From positions 22,488 to 86,487 of the forward strand of contig CAYQEJ010000005.1 in the NCBI GenBank assembly GCA_964416505.1: DNA of 64,000 nt. The letters are read 5' to 3'. How positions within the stretch are numbered: position 1 is the first letter of the stretch; each line of letters opens with the position of its first letter. This stretch comes from an uncultured Gammaproteobacteria bacterium (lineage in GTDB: Bacteria > Patescibacteriota > Microgenomatia > Levybacterales > UBA12049). Positions 18,940 to 27,251 of the stretch are shown in pieces. Under the pieces are notes generated by a model, which ran no database searches, was not told the origin of the DNA, and worked only from the letters and a program-made list of their open reading frames with translations. A program made the position numbers and the translations under genes.

Positions 18940-19128
18940 ATGCCAACTTCGCCTATTACTTTTACGAAACAAGCAGTTGATGAGCTTAAAAAAGTTACTT
19001 GGCCTACAAAAGCTGAAGTAACCAGACTCACACTTGCGGTAATAGTTATAAGTGCAGTTGTAGGATTATTTTTAGGAGGAATAGATTTTGGACTTACAAA
19101 AGTACTAGAATTTATATTAAGTAGATAA
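18940..19128 (+). CDS. secE: Preprotein translocase subunit SecE
   Basis: 62 aa. KKVTWPTKAEVTRLTLAVIVISAVVGLFLGGIDF is a SecE-type TM helix. Directly precedes nusG. Confidence 0.8.
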   Translation: MPTSPITFTKQAVDELKKVTWPTKAEVTRLTLAVIVISAVVGLFLGGIDFGLTKVLEFILSR

Positions 19129-19130
19129 AT

Positions 19131-19928
19131 ATGGACGACAATAAAAAACAGGATCAGATTGAAGAAACCCAAACAACAGCTGAAGAAGCTTCTCAAACCA
19201 CGGAAGAAGGGTTAACAGAAGAGCAAATTAAAGAAGATACAACTATGGCTCCTGTTCCAAATATTTCTGAACCAGAAGCTATAAACGAAACTCCAGAAAG
19301 CTTAACCGAAGAACAAATTAAAGAAGACACCAAGATGCTTCCCGTGGAAGACCCTGAAGATAAACTTGAAGAAGCTAAAAAAGTATTAAATCAAGCAGAC
19401 ACCACTAACGCAAGATGGTATATAGTTCATACTTACTCAGGACATGAAAATAAAGTTTCCAAATCTATAAAACAGAGAGTTCAGAGTCTTGGATTTGAAA
19501 ATAGAATTTTCGATATCATCGTTCCAACTAGAAACACTATTAAAGTTAGCCAAGGTAAAAAAGAAAACGTAAAAGAAAAGATTTTTCCAGGATATGTTTT
19601 GGTAAAAATGATTTTAGATGATGAATCATGGCTTTTAATTAGAACTACACAAGGAGTGACTGCATTTATTGGTGCTGGAAATAAACCAACTCCAATTTCA
19701 GAAAAAGAAGTTGAAGCAATCCAAAAATTCATGAACGAAGAAGAACCACTTTACAAAACTGCATTTACACTTGGTGAAGCTGTAAAGATTGTAGATGGAC
19801 CTTTTGCAGATTTCTTAGGAACAATTGATGATATTGATGAAGCAAAAGGAAAGATCAAAGTACTCGTAAGCATTTTCGGACGCGAAACACCAGTAGAACT
19901 AGACTTTTTACAAGTAAATAAGTTATAA
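19131..19928 (+). CDS. nusG: Transcription antitermination factor NusG with ~90-aa acidic N-terminal extension
   Basis: NGN domain (WYIVHTYSGHENKV...FPGYVLVKM) and KOW domain (GEAVKIVDGPFADFLGTIDDID). N-terminal Glu/Thr-rich extension with the repeated motif LTEEQIKEDT. Confidence 0.9.
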   Translation: MDDNKKQDQIEETQTTAEEASQTTEEGLTEEQIKEDTTMAPVPNISEPEAINETPESLTEEQIKEDTKMLPVEDPEDKLEEAKKVLNQADTTNARWYIVHTYSGHENKVSKSIKQRVQSLGFENRIFDIIVPTRNTIKVSQGKKENVKEKIFPGYVLVKMILDDESWLLIRTTQGVTAFIGAGNKPTPISEKEVEAIQKFMNEEEPLYKTAFTLGEAVKIVDGPFADFLGTIDDIDEAKGKIKVLVSIFGRETPVELDFLQVNKL

Positions 19929-20056
19929 TTCAAAAAACTTGTTGAATATCTGGGAGTCCACCAACTGGCGGACGTTTGGACCAGTAGATAAGATTTGAAC
20001 CTAAATATAGGCCTCTTCTCTACTATCCTTTCTAGAAATTCAATCAATTAAATTAT

Positions 20057-20476
20057 ATGGCTAAAAAAATAAAAACAGTTATAAAGATCAATATTCCAGC
20101 TGGAGCAGCAACTCCTGCGCCACCTGTTGGAACCGCATTAGGACCACACGGACTTCCTATTATGGAATTCGTAACTGCATTTAATGAAAGAACTGCTGAG
20201 CAAAAAGGTAACATAGTTCCTGCAGTTATTACGGTTTATGAAGATAGAACTTTCTCTTTTATTACCAAGAAACCTCCTATGGCTGAACTTATTAAAAAGG
20301 CAACAGGACGCGGTGGATCCCATAATCCAGGAAAAGAACCAGGCGGAAATCTAACACGCGCACAGGCTGAAGAAATTGCTAAAACAAAAATGGAAGATTT
20401 AAATACCGATGAATTGGAACAAGCTGTAAGTATCGTAAAAGGAACAGCTAGAAGCATGGGGGTAAAAGTAGAATAA
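20057..20476 (+). CDS. rplK: Ribosomal protein L11
   Basis: PAGAATPAPPVGTALGPHGLPIMEFVTAFNERT signature. Confidence 0.95.
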   Translation: MAKKIKTVIKINIPAGAATPAPPVGTALGPHGLPIMEFVTAFNERTAEQKGNIVPAVITVYEDRTFSFITKKPPMAELIKKATGRGGSHNPGKEPGGNLTRAQAEEIAKTKMEDLNTDELEQAVSIVKGTARSMGVKVE

Positions 20477-21291
20477 TGGGAAAAATTAGAGTAAAAACAT
20501 TAGGAGACGAAGAAAAAGAACTAAAAGATAAAGAGCTTCAAGAGAAAAAAAGAGCGGAACGCGAAGCGCAAGTAAAATCCGAAGAATCACAGGAGTCAAA
20601 TGAAAATCAAAATCAAGAATTAGCCTCGCAAGGCCAGGCCTTGCAAGAGGAAGCTTCTGAAAAACCTGCTAAGAAGACAAAAAAAGCTAAATTTATTAAA
20701 AAATCCAACAAAAGAAGTGCAAATTACACTGCAAAAGTAATGGAAATTGACAAAAATAAAATCTATTCCCTATCTGAAGCACTAGAACTTTTAAGAAAAG
20801 TTAAAATTGCAAAATTTGATGAAACAGTTGAGCTTCACATAAACACAACTGAAGCAGGAATTTCCGGACAAGTAAAACTTCCTCACGGAACTGGAAAAGA
20901 ATTAAGAATTGCAGTTGCGGATGATGCGGTACTTGCTGAAGTAGAAAAAGGAAAAATTAACTTTGATATTTTAATCGCAACTCCATCTTCTATGCCAAAA
21001 CTCGCTAAGGTAGCTAGAGTCTTAGGTCCACGCGGTCTTATGCCAAATCCAAAAAATGGAACAATTTCAGAAAATCCTGAAGAAGCTATGAAAAAATTCC
21101 AAGGTGGACAAATCAGCTTTAAAACTGAAAATAAGCTTCCGCTTATTCATTTATCAGTTGGAAAAACATCTTTCGAAAATAAACAACTAGAAGAAAATAT
21201 TAAAACTCTTTTTACTGCAATTAAAAGAGATAGAATAAAAAAAGTAACACTTAAATCCACAATGTCTCCTGGAATTAGAATCCAGGCATAA
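20476..21291 (+). CDS. rplA: Ribosomal protein L1 with ~75-aa Lys/Glu-rich N-terminal extension containing a REP-derived segment
   Basis: L1 core (YSLSEALELLRKVKIAKFDETVELHINT...LGPRGLMPNPKNGT). The extension includes nt 20621-20650, which equals the REP palindrome and is translated as LASQGQALQEE. Confidence 0.9.
   Translation: MGKIRVKTLGDEEKELKDKELQEKKRAEREAQVKSEESQESNENQNQELASQGQALQEEASEKPAKKTKKAKFIKKSNKRSANYTAKVMEIDKNKIYSLSEALELLRKVKIAKFDETVELHINTTEAGISGQVKLPHGTGKELRIAVADDAVLAEVEKGKINFDILIATPSSMPKLAKVARVLGPRGLMPNPKNGTISENPEEAMKKFQGGQISFKTENKLPLIHLSVGKTSFENKQLEENIKTLFTAIKRDRIKKVTLKSTMSPGIRIQA
20621..20650. repeat. REP-like palindrome, copy 4 (partly degenerate), embedded in-frame in rplA
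   Basis: tagcctcgcaaggcc-a-ggccttgcaagagg. First arm exact, second arm matches 8 of 15. Confidence 0.7.
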
Positions 21292-21292
21292 A

Positions 21293-22153
21293 ATGAGCCC
21301 TGACAGAAAAGAATACGGGACAAAAGCTGCCAAAGCTTTAACTACTACAAGAAGCCGAATACCATCACGAGATCAAATCGGAACCTCAGCTTTATGGGAG
21401 TTAACACGCTACACACTTCGTCATGAAATTGTGGACCCAAATGGACATTTTGACGATGCCAAGGAACATTTAAGAGGCGGCGGATCTCTACTAGTAATTG
21501 TAAACCACTTTGATCGGCTTGATACGACAATACTTGGACATGCAATTGAGGACAATTTAACCCCATTAGAAAGTGTGGCTGGAGTCACATCTCTTAGATA
21601 TTTAGACCCCAAAAGAAGTCGCCTCATTTCCAGAGTAATTGATAATGTCAGACGAGTTAAAGGATTTAGCACTATTCCAGTAATTCAGGATAAAGAAGAA
21701 GAATTAGAATACTACTCAGAAAATCCTGAAGCACTAAATGGAAAAAGCCCCAGAAGATTCAATTTAGAAGCAATGAAAGACGCAATAGAATTCCTACAAA
21801 CTCCGGGTAATGTATTAATGATGGCTCCAGAAGGAACAAGAAGTCCAGACAGAAAATTACTAAAAGGACATGAGGGATTAGACAGCATTATGAAAATGGC
21901 AAGAAGAACAGCACTGGTTTTGCCAGTTGCTATAACTCCACCAGATACTAGAAGAATTGTGCCTCCATATACTAAAGTTAAAGTTGTTCCAGGAGAACTA
22001 TTCTCATTAGAAGATGTACTGATCGAACACGAGGAGGAAAGAAAAAATTCAAGCATCCGCCGCGATCTTACGGTTACAGATCGCATGATGTTAAGGCTCG
22101 CAAAATTACTTCCTCCTAAAAACCAGGGGTATTACAGAAGATTTATTAAATAA
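21293..22153 (+). CDS. Lysophospholipid acyltransferase (PlsC-like) family protein
   Basis: HX4D motif (VNHFDRLD) and PEGTR motif (MAPEGTRS) of LPLAT-family acyltransferases. Inserted between rplA and rplJ. Confidence 0.5.
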   Translation: MSPDRKEYGTKAAKALTTTRSRIPSRDQIGTSALWELTRYTLRHEIVDPNGHFDDAKEHLRGGGSLLVIVNHFDRLDTTILGHAIEDNLTPLESVAGVTSLRYLDPKRSRLISRVIDNVRRVKGFSTIPVIQDKEEELEYYSENPEALNGKSPRRFNLEAMKDAIEFLQTPGNVLMMAPEGTRSPDRKLLKGHEGLDSIMKMARRTALVLPVAITPPDTRRIVPPYTKVKVVPGELFSLEDVLIEHEEERKNSSIRRDLTVTDRMMLRLAKLLPPKNQGYYRRFIK

Positions 22154-22207
22154 ATTAACTACAGGTCTTAATAATTCCCGAATTTATAAATAACTACAGG
22201 TCATGTA

Positions 22208-22236
22208 TTGACATCTTAGCCTCAAGCTGTTATCAT
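22208..22236 (+). promoter_or_regulatory. Consensus promoter for rplJL (TTGACA-17-TATCAT)
   Basis: Exact -35, 17-nt spacer, near-consensus -10. Confidence 0.6.
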
Positions 22237-22239
22237 ATC

Positions 22240-22381
22240 TTTTACCTAAGACAGTGGGCATAAAAATAAGTCCTACCGAGGAACGGACGAGCGTAGCGAC
22301 GGAGTTCACTTGCGAAGCGCGAGCGGAGACAAGTGAGGAACAATCTCTACGATTCTGAAACACCTTAGGAGGTGTTTTTTT
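22240..22381 (+). promoter_or_regulatory. rplJ 5' leader (L10-leader-like structured RNA) ending in an SD-sequestering hairpin plus U-run
   Basis: GC-rich segment ggaacggacgagcgtagcgacggagttcacttgcgaagcgcgagcggagacaagtgagg within an AT-rich genome. Terminal hairpin acacct-tagg-aggtgt followed by TTTTTTT directly before the ATG. The GGAGG Shine-Dalgarno lies inside the hairpin. Confidence 0.5.
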
Positions 22382-23140
22382 ATGGGAATTGTAAAACAAG
22401 CAACAAAAAAAGTAGGTCGTCAGAGAAAAGAACAAATCGTAGCGCAGCTTATTGAAAAAATCGATGCTTCTCAAGCGATTGTATTCACAGATTATCAAGG
22501 AATAACACACAAACAACTTGAAGATCTAAAAAAAGAGCTTAAAAAGCTTGATTCTTCTATTGTAATTGCTAAAAATAGCTTACTTAAAATTTCATTAGGA
22601 AAATCTAAAAATTTTGCAGATTATAAAGACAACGAGAGCCTAGACAAGCCTACAGCTACTCTTTTTATAAGAGCAGATTATGTAGAACCACTTAAAAAAC
22701 TCCAGAAGTTATCAAAAGAATTAGGCCTTCCAAAGATTAAATTTGGCATAATTGACGGACAAGCGCTTGACGAAGCACAAGTGCTAAAAGTAGCTTCTCT
22801 TCCAAATAAAGAAACACTTATTGGTCAGTTTGTTGGATTACTCAACTCGCCTATTCAGGGCTTGGTGGTTACACTTAACGCTCCAATTCAGAAATTTGCA
22901 ATGACACTTAACGCAATTGCGCAAAATAAACCAGCTCAAGCTGCACCAGCTTCTGAGCCTGTTGCTCCTGCAGCCGAAGCCACTCCTGCTGAAATAGCTG
23001 AGGAAACTACCACCGATACAGCGGAACAACCATCTGAAGAAAAACCAGCAGAATCTACAGAAGTTCCAAGCGAAGCTCAGACGGAAACACCAAATGAAAC
23101 AGAAAATCAAACAGAAGAAAATAAAGGGGGTGAGAATTAA
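22382..23140 (+). CDS. rplJ: Ribosomal protein L10 with Ala/Pro/Glu/Thr-rich C-terminal extension
   Basis: L10 N-terminal domain ([24 protein letters not shown]...[11 protein letters not shown]). About 70-aa low-complexity C-terminal tail. Confidence 0.9.
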   Translation: MGIVKQATKKVGRQRKEQIVAQLIEKIDASQAIVFTDYQGITHKQLEDLKKELKKLDSSIVIAKNSLLKISLGKSKNFADYKDNESLDKPTATLFIRADYVEPLKKLQKLSKELGLPKIKFGIIDGQALDEAQVLKVASLPNKETLIGQFVGLLNSPIQGLVVTLNAPIQKFAMTLNAIAQNKPAQAAPASEPVAPAAEATPAEIAEETTTDTAEQPSEEKPAESTEVPSEAQTETPNETENQTEENKGGEN

Positions 23141-23532
23141 TGGCAAAACTTTCAAAAGATGATATTTTAACAGCAGTTGAAGAAATGTCTGTTCTCGAAC
23201 TCTCTGATTTAGTTAAAGCTCTCGAAGAAAAATTCGGAGTTTCAGCACAAGCTATGGTAGCAGCTGCACCAGCAGCAGGTGGCGCTCCAGCAGGAGACGC
23301 TCCAGCAGGAGAAGAACAAACAGTATTCAACGTTGTAATCGCATCAGGAGGAGCAAATAAAATTGCAGTTATTAAAGCAGTTAGAGAATTGGTTCCTACA
23401 CTAGGACTTAAAGAAGCAAAAGACTTAGTTGACGGAGCTCCAAAAGAAGTTCTAACAGCAGTTAATAAGAAAACCGCTGATGAAGCAAAAGAGAAATTAA
23501 CAGCAGCAGGAGCTACTGTTGAACTCAAGTAG
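23140..23532 (+). CDS. rplL: Ribosomal protein L7/L12
   Basis: Classic L12 N-terminal domain, Ala/Gly hinge and C-terminal domain ([27 protein letters not shown]). Confidence 0.95.
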   Translation: MAKLSKDDILTAVEEMSVLELSDLVKALEEKFGVSAQAMVAAAPAAGGAPAGDAPAGEEQTVFNVVIASGGANKIAVIKAVRELVPTLGLKEAKDLVDGAPKEVLTAVNKKTADEAKEKLTAAGATVELK

Positions 23533-23590
23533 GATTTAGATTTACGATTTATGTTTACATAAATCAAGATCATAAATCCTAAATCTAAAA

Positions 23591-23621
23591 AACCGAGGCA
23601 TTAACGCCCTCGGTTTTTTTT
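23591..23621 (+). terminator. Rho-independent terminator after rplL
   Basis: Hairpin aaccgaggc-attaac-gccctcggtt followed by TTTTTTTT. Confidence 0.7.
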
Positions 23622-23743
23622 ATATTTACATCTGAGTTATCCAAAAGTTATCCACATATTTCTCCAAAATCCTCATTTTATGTCCTTTAGTAATTTTGGT
23701 CTATTGACACGTTTGTTCTAGTTTGTTATTTTGTAGATGATTA

Positions 23744-23764
23744 GATGATACATTGATTATCATC
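23744..23764. promoter_or_regulatory. Inverted repeat GATGATA-N7-TATCATC (candidate operator) upstream of the HTH gene
   Basis: Perfect 7-bp inverted half-sites between a TTGACA box (23704) and the ATG at 23782. Confidence 0.35.
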
Positions 23765-23781
23765 AATATATTTCTGAGGCT

Positions 23782-23991
23782 ATGCCTGATCAAAACATAT
23801 CAATTAGCAACCTACCCGATCTTCTAACAGTACGCGAAGCAGCCCAAGTACTTAGAGTCTCTCCATTAACTTTAAAAAGATGGGGAAAAAGAGGAAAACT
23901 TCCAGCTATAAGAATTAATTCCCGAGGAGACAGAAGATACAGAAAAGAAGCTATTTTATACCTCCTTGGAATCCAGGTAAAAGAAGACTAA
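23782..23991 (+). CDS. Small helix-turn-helix DNA-binding protein (excisionase/MerR-like HTH_17 family)
   Basis: LTVREAAQVLRVSPLTLKRWGKRGKLPAIRINSRGDRRYRKEAI is the typical Xis/AlpA-type HTH pattern. Confidence 0.6.
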   Translation: MPDQNISISNLPDLLTVREAAQVLRVSPLTLKRWGKRGKLPAIRINSRGDRRYRKEAILYLLGIQVKED

Positions 23992-24831
23992 TCAAACACT
24001 TCTAAAGTAGTCAGCCAAGTGCTGTGTTCTTATTTTCTCGAAATCAGGATTATCAAAATGTTCTTGAATAAATTCTATAGTCTCAAATGGAGACTGTGTG
24101 TTCACGAATACCCCAGTTCCCACCTCAAATCCTCCCAAAGTTTTTAATCTCGGAATGAATCTGAGATACCAATTTTTTCCTGGATAAATATAAAAATTAA
24201 AAGGAAAATCATGCCCATGACGAAGACTAAAGATTTGAAGAAGACGTGAAACTATAAAAGAAATTTCTTTTATTTCATCTTCATTCATTTCTCCAAAATA
24301 TTTACCGTCCCTGTGAGGAACAACCCATACCTCATCTGGCCACTGCGAAGCTCCAGGGCAAAAAATGTAATGATGTTTAAGATCTTTTTTACTCTCGTTT
24401 AGCATGTGAAGACTAGGAATCTTAAGCTCAACATCACCTGGAATTACGGTTAACTGTGTATGAGGATGAGGAAGACTCTCCCCTGCTCTTTTCCCTTGAT
24501 TATGAAAAATGTAAACCTGTCCTTTATCCTTATGCTCATTAAATCTATTTTGATAAACCTTGAAAACATCTTCAGATAACCCTATAGGAAGTTCATCAAA
24601 ATTTTTGTGATGGTCATCTGAATGAATTATTATTTCATGAATTGGAGCGAAGGGATATTTATTTGGAATAACTTTAACTTGATTGAGACTAAAGATTGGT
24701 TTTTCAAATCCAGGCTCAAATGGACACGGCGGCTCAACCCCTGTAGCTTGATCCGGTCTTTTGGCGCGTTTTGGAGCAGAAATAACCCACTCTCCAGTTG
24801 ATGGGTCTTGAATAAATCGATAATCGGGCAT
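23992..24831 (-). CDS. Galactose-1-phosphate uridylyltransferase-like (GalT/HIT superfamily) protein
   Basis: HPHTQ (GalT HxHxQ active-site motif) and upstream Cys/His-containing region. Confidence 0.6.
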   Translation of the reverse strand: MPDYRFIQDPSTGEWVISAPKRAKRPDQATGVEPPCPFEPGFEKPIFSLNQVKVIPNKYPFAPIHEIIIHSDDHHKNFDELPIGLSEDVFKVYQNRFNEHKDKGQVYIFHNQGKRAGESLPHPHTQLTVIPGDVELKIPSLHMLNESKKDLKHHYIFCPGASQWPDEVWVVPHRDGKYFGEMNEDEIKEISFIVSRLLQIFSLRHGHDFPFNFYIYPGKNWYLRFIPRLKTLGGFEVGTGVFVNTQSPFETIEFIQEHFDNPDFEKIRTQHLADYFRSV

Positions 24832-24834
24832 GTG

Positions 24835-25968
24835 TTACTGACTAAGCACTTTTTTAAAAAATGCTTCGTATCCTTCTACCATTCTATCAACTGTAAATTT
24901 TTCCTCAACTGAATTTCTAGCATTTTTACACATAGTCAGATATTCATCGCTACTCATTCCAAAAAGCTTCTCAACACTTCTCGATAGACCTTCAACTCCC
25001 TCTTCTACATTGGATAAAAAACCTGTTTTGCCATCCTGGACTATTTCAGGAATACTCGCCTTCCTAAAGGCTATAACAGGCGTACCTGTAGACATTGCTT
25101 CTGTTAAAACCAGCCCAAATGCTTCATCCCAATTAGGAGTCATCAAAAATGCTTTAGCTTTTCCGTAAAGCTGGGCAGTCTCCTGTATAGTTAATAATTG
25201 ATCTTTTTTAACATCTCCTATCCACTCAATTTTGTCATTTAAATGTGGCTTTACTTCTTTCTCGAAAAAGTCTGGATTCTCAACGCCTCCTGCCAACTTC
25301 AATCTCTTTCCAGTTTTTTGAGCTAATTGAATCGCCCACTTTATCCCTTTTGCATCAAGATATGTTCCATCTTTATTCTTTGCTCCACCAAGTCGCCCTA
25401 ACCAAAATAAATAATCCTCCTTATCTTCTCTGTATGGATATTCTTCAAGCGAAACTCCATTGTAAACCAAACCTTCAATGCTGGCTTTCTTAAATTCAGA
25501 AATTTGAGATCTGGAAATTCCAACTAAATGTGCCTTTGGAAATTCACTTAAAATCTCATCATATATAGTCATGAGTCCAGGAGTAAGAGACATATGAATA
25601 GTTACTACGATAGGAGTGTCAATTTTATCGTTTGCCAAAAGATTAAGAAATTCCGGATAGCTGTGGTTATGAATTAAGTCAAAGTTACCACCAATTTCTT
25701 CAAGTTTTTTTACAAACTTTACTAAATATGCTGCCTCAACATAAAAAGTATTTTCATATGACTCTTCTCTTTCAAGCTCAATAAAACCTTTTTCAATTAC
25801 TGGGATTATTTCTACTCCCTCAATATAGCTATCTGCTGTTCCCAGGAGAGATACTTCATGCCCTCTTTCAACTAATCCTTTTGCAAGCTGATATAAAATA
25901 CGAGAACGCGAATAAGTCATATCTTTTGTAACTTTTCGCTTAATAGTTGAGGCTAAAAGAATTTTCAT
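24835..25968 (-). CDS. Glycosyltransferase family 4 (GT-B fold)
   Basis: EAFGLVLTEAMSTGTPVIA (EX7E-type motif). Confidence 0.8.
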   Translation of the reverse strand: MKILLASTIKRKVTKDMTYSRSRILYQLAKGLVERGHEVSLLGTADSYIEGVEIIPVIEKGFIELEREESYENTFYVEAAYLVKFVKKLEEIGGNFDLIHNHSYPEFLNLLANDKIDTPIVVTIHMSLTPGLMTIYDEILSEFPKAHLVGISRSQISEFKKASIEGLVYNGVSLEEYPYREDKEDYLFWLGRLGGAKNKDGTYLDAKGIKWAIQLAQKTGKRLKLAGGVENPDFFEKEVKPHLNDKIEWIGDVKKDQLLTIQETAQLYGKAKAFLMTPNWDEAFGLVLTEAMSTGTPVIAFRKASIPEIVQDGKTGFLSNVEEGVEGLSRSVEKLFGMSSDEYLTMCKNARNSVEEKFTVDRMVEGYEAFFKKVLSQ

Positions 25969-27230
25969 TTAGGCATAACTGGCATTTTTCTATATTCTTT
26001 CGTCATTAATACCCTAAGCTTTTCTCTAATTGAATCGAATTCAAACTTATCCATACTTATTAAATCAGTTTTCGAGATAATTGTAAAATCCAGACCAGCA
26101 AGATTGAAAGCCTCTTGCGCCGCGGCGCTAAACCTAGGATCCGAAGACAACCTTTGAACAGTCTTTGCTAAAACTCTTGGATCCTCAACTATTCCCACAT
26201 AACCAAGCCAATATGTCAGGAGTTCGGGATCTTGAAGCGCTCCATCAAATGCTTTTTCATTCGCACTTCTCACTCCTAAATCAGCATTTTTCGGATTAAG
26301 CATCCAATCTACTATCTCCTGATAGATCACTTTATTTCCAACCGGCTTCGCTTCCCCCGTTTTTGTGTTTACCGAATTTAATCCTTCCCTCTTCGCATTT
26401 CGCTCACCTAGTCTTTGATTCAAAACTGATTGAGCAGACAGACTATCAAATCCATCATCCCTGGTAAATAAAAAGCCTATTCGTTCTGTTCTTGGAGCAT
26501 GAAAATCCGCTGCAAGACCTCCGGCAACCCCAGGTTCCAATACTTGCGGATTAAGATTTACTGTATTTGCAAAATTCTCAAGAGTATTAAGAGAAGCATC
26601 TTCCAAAAGAATTGCGTCCTCAATTGGTTTTCCAAACTTTTCCTGATAAAGCTTCCCAAATCTTCGGACTATAATATCACGCATTAAGGCCGCTTCAGAT
26701 GGCCAAGAATCAAGTCTGGCCTGCGATAATTTACTCTTTACCCATTCAGGGATTGTTTTTCCACCTGACAGGTCCACCTTCAATGCTTGACCCGACAAAA
26801 GAGCAAATCCAGAAGCAATCGCATTTTCTCTTCCCCATCTATTGAGACCGAATCTTCCTTGGTTTTGCCATTCAATCATTTGCGCATCAATCTCTTCGGG
26901 AGTTTTATCTTTTGTGTTTTTCAGAAACGGATTCAACTCTTCGCCTTCAAAAGATAAATGACTTTCTGTATCTAAAATTCTAAAATCAGGTTCCGTAGAG
27001 TGAAGTGGATCTTTTTTAAACTTATCCCACTCTTCAAGCCTAGCTTTATCAGCTTCAACTGAAGGATTAAAATCTTCTCGCCTAAATAAAGGCTTCACTG
27101 GTCCCTGACCAAAAACAATAAGTAAATCTTTTGGTTGTTGTGAAATTGCGACTTCAGGAGCGCCTGTTCCAAGATTAAATGCGGCTTCTGCCGTAGGCCT
27201 AATCTCCGAAGGAGGAATTATATCAGCCAT
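25965..27230 (-). CDS. Hypothetical protein (possible DUF218/YdcF-like core)
   Basis: LLIVFGQG ... SGG pattern only. Embedded between two GT4 genes with 4-nt overlap. Confidence 0.4.
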   Translation of the reverse strand: MADIIPPSEIRPTAEAAFNLGTGAPEVAISQQPKDLLIVFGQGPVKPLFRREDFNPSVEADKARLEEWDKFKKDPLHSTEPDFRILDTESHLSFEGEELNPFLKNTKDKTPEEIDAQMIEWQNQGRFGLNRWGRENAIASGFALLSGQALKVDLSGGKTIPEWVKSKLSQARLDSWPSEAALMRDIIVRRFGKLYQEKFGKPIEDAILLEDASLNTLENFANTVNLNPQVLEPGVAGGLAADFHAPRTERIGFLFTRDDGFDSLSAQSVLNQRLGERNAKREGLNSVNTKTGEAKPVGNKVIYQEIVDWMLNPKNADLGVRSANEKAFDGALQDPELLTYWLGYVGIVEDPRVLAKTVQRLSSDPRFSAAAQEAFNLAGLDFTIISKTDLISMDKFEFDSIREKLRVLMTKEYRKMPVMPK

Positions 27231-27251
27231 TGACTAAATAATATCCTTCTT

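Noticed and set aside
19929-20056. Possible L1-binding autoregulatory leader upstream of rplK
   Set aside because: The segment ctgggagtccaccaactggcggacgtttggaccag is GC-richer than its surroundings, but I could not match it to the L1 stalk mimic with any confidence. It is left unannotated.
22184-22516. 110-aa minus-strand ORF covering the rplJ promoter and leader
   Set aside because: It overlaps a consensus promoter, a structured leader and the start of rplJ on the opposite strand, and no motif supports it.
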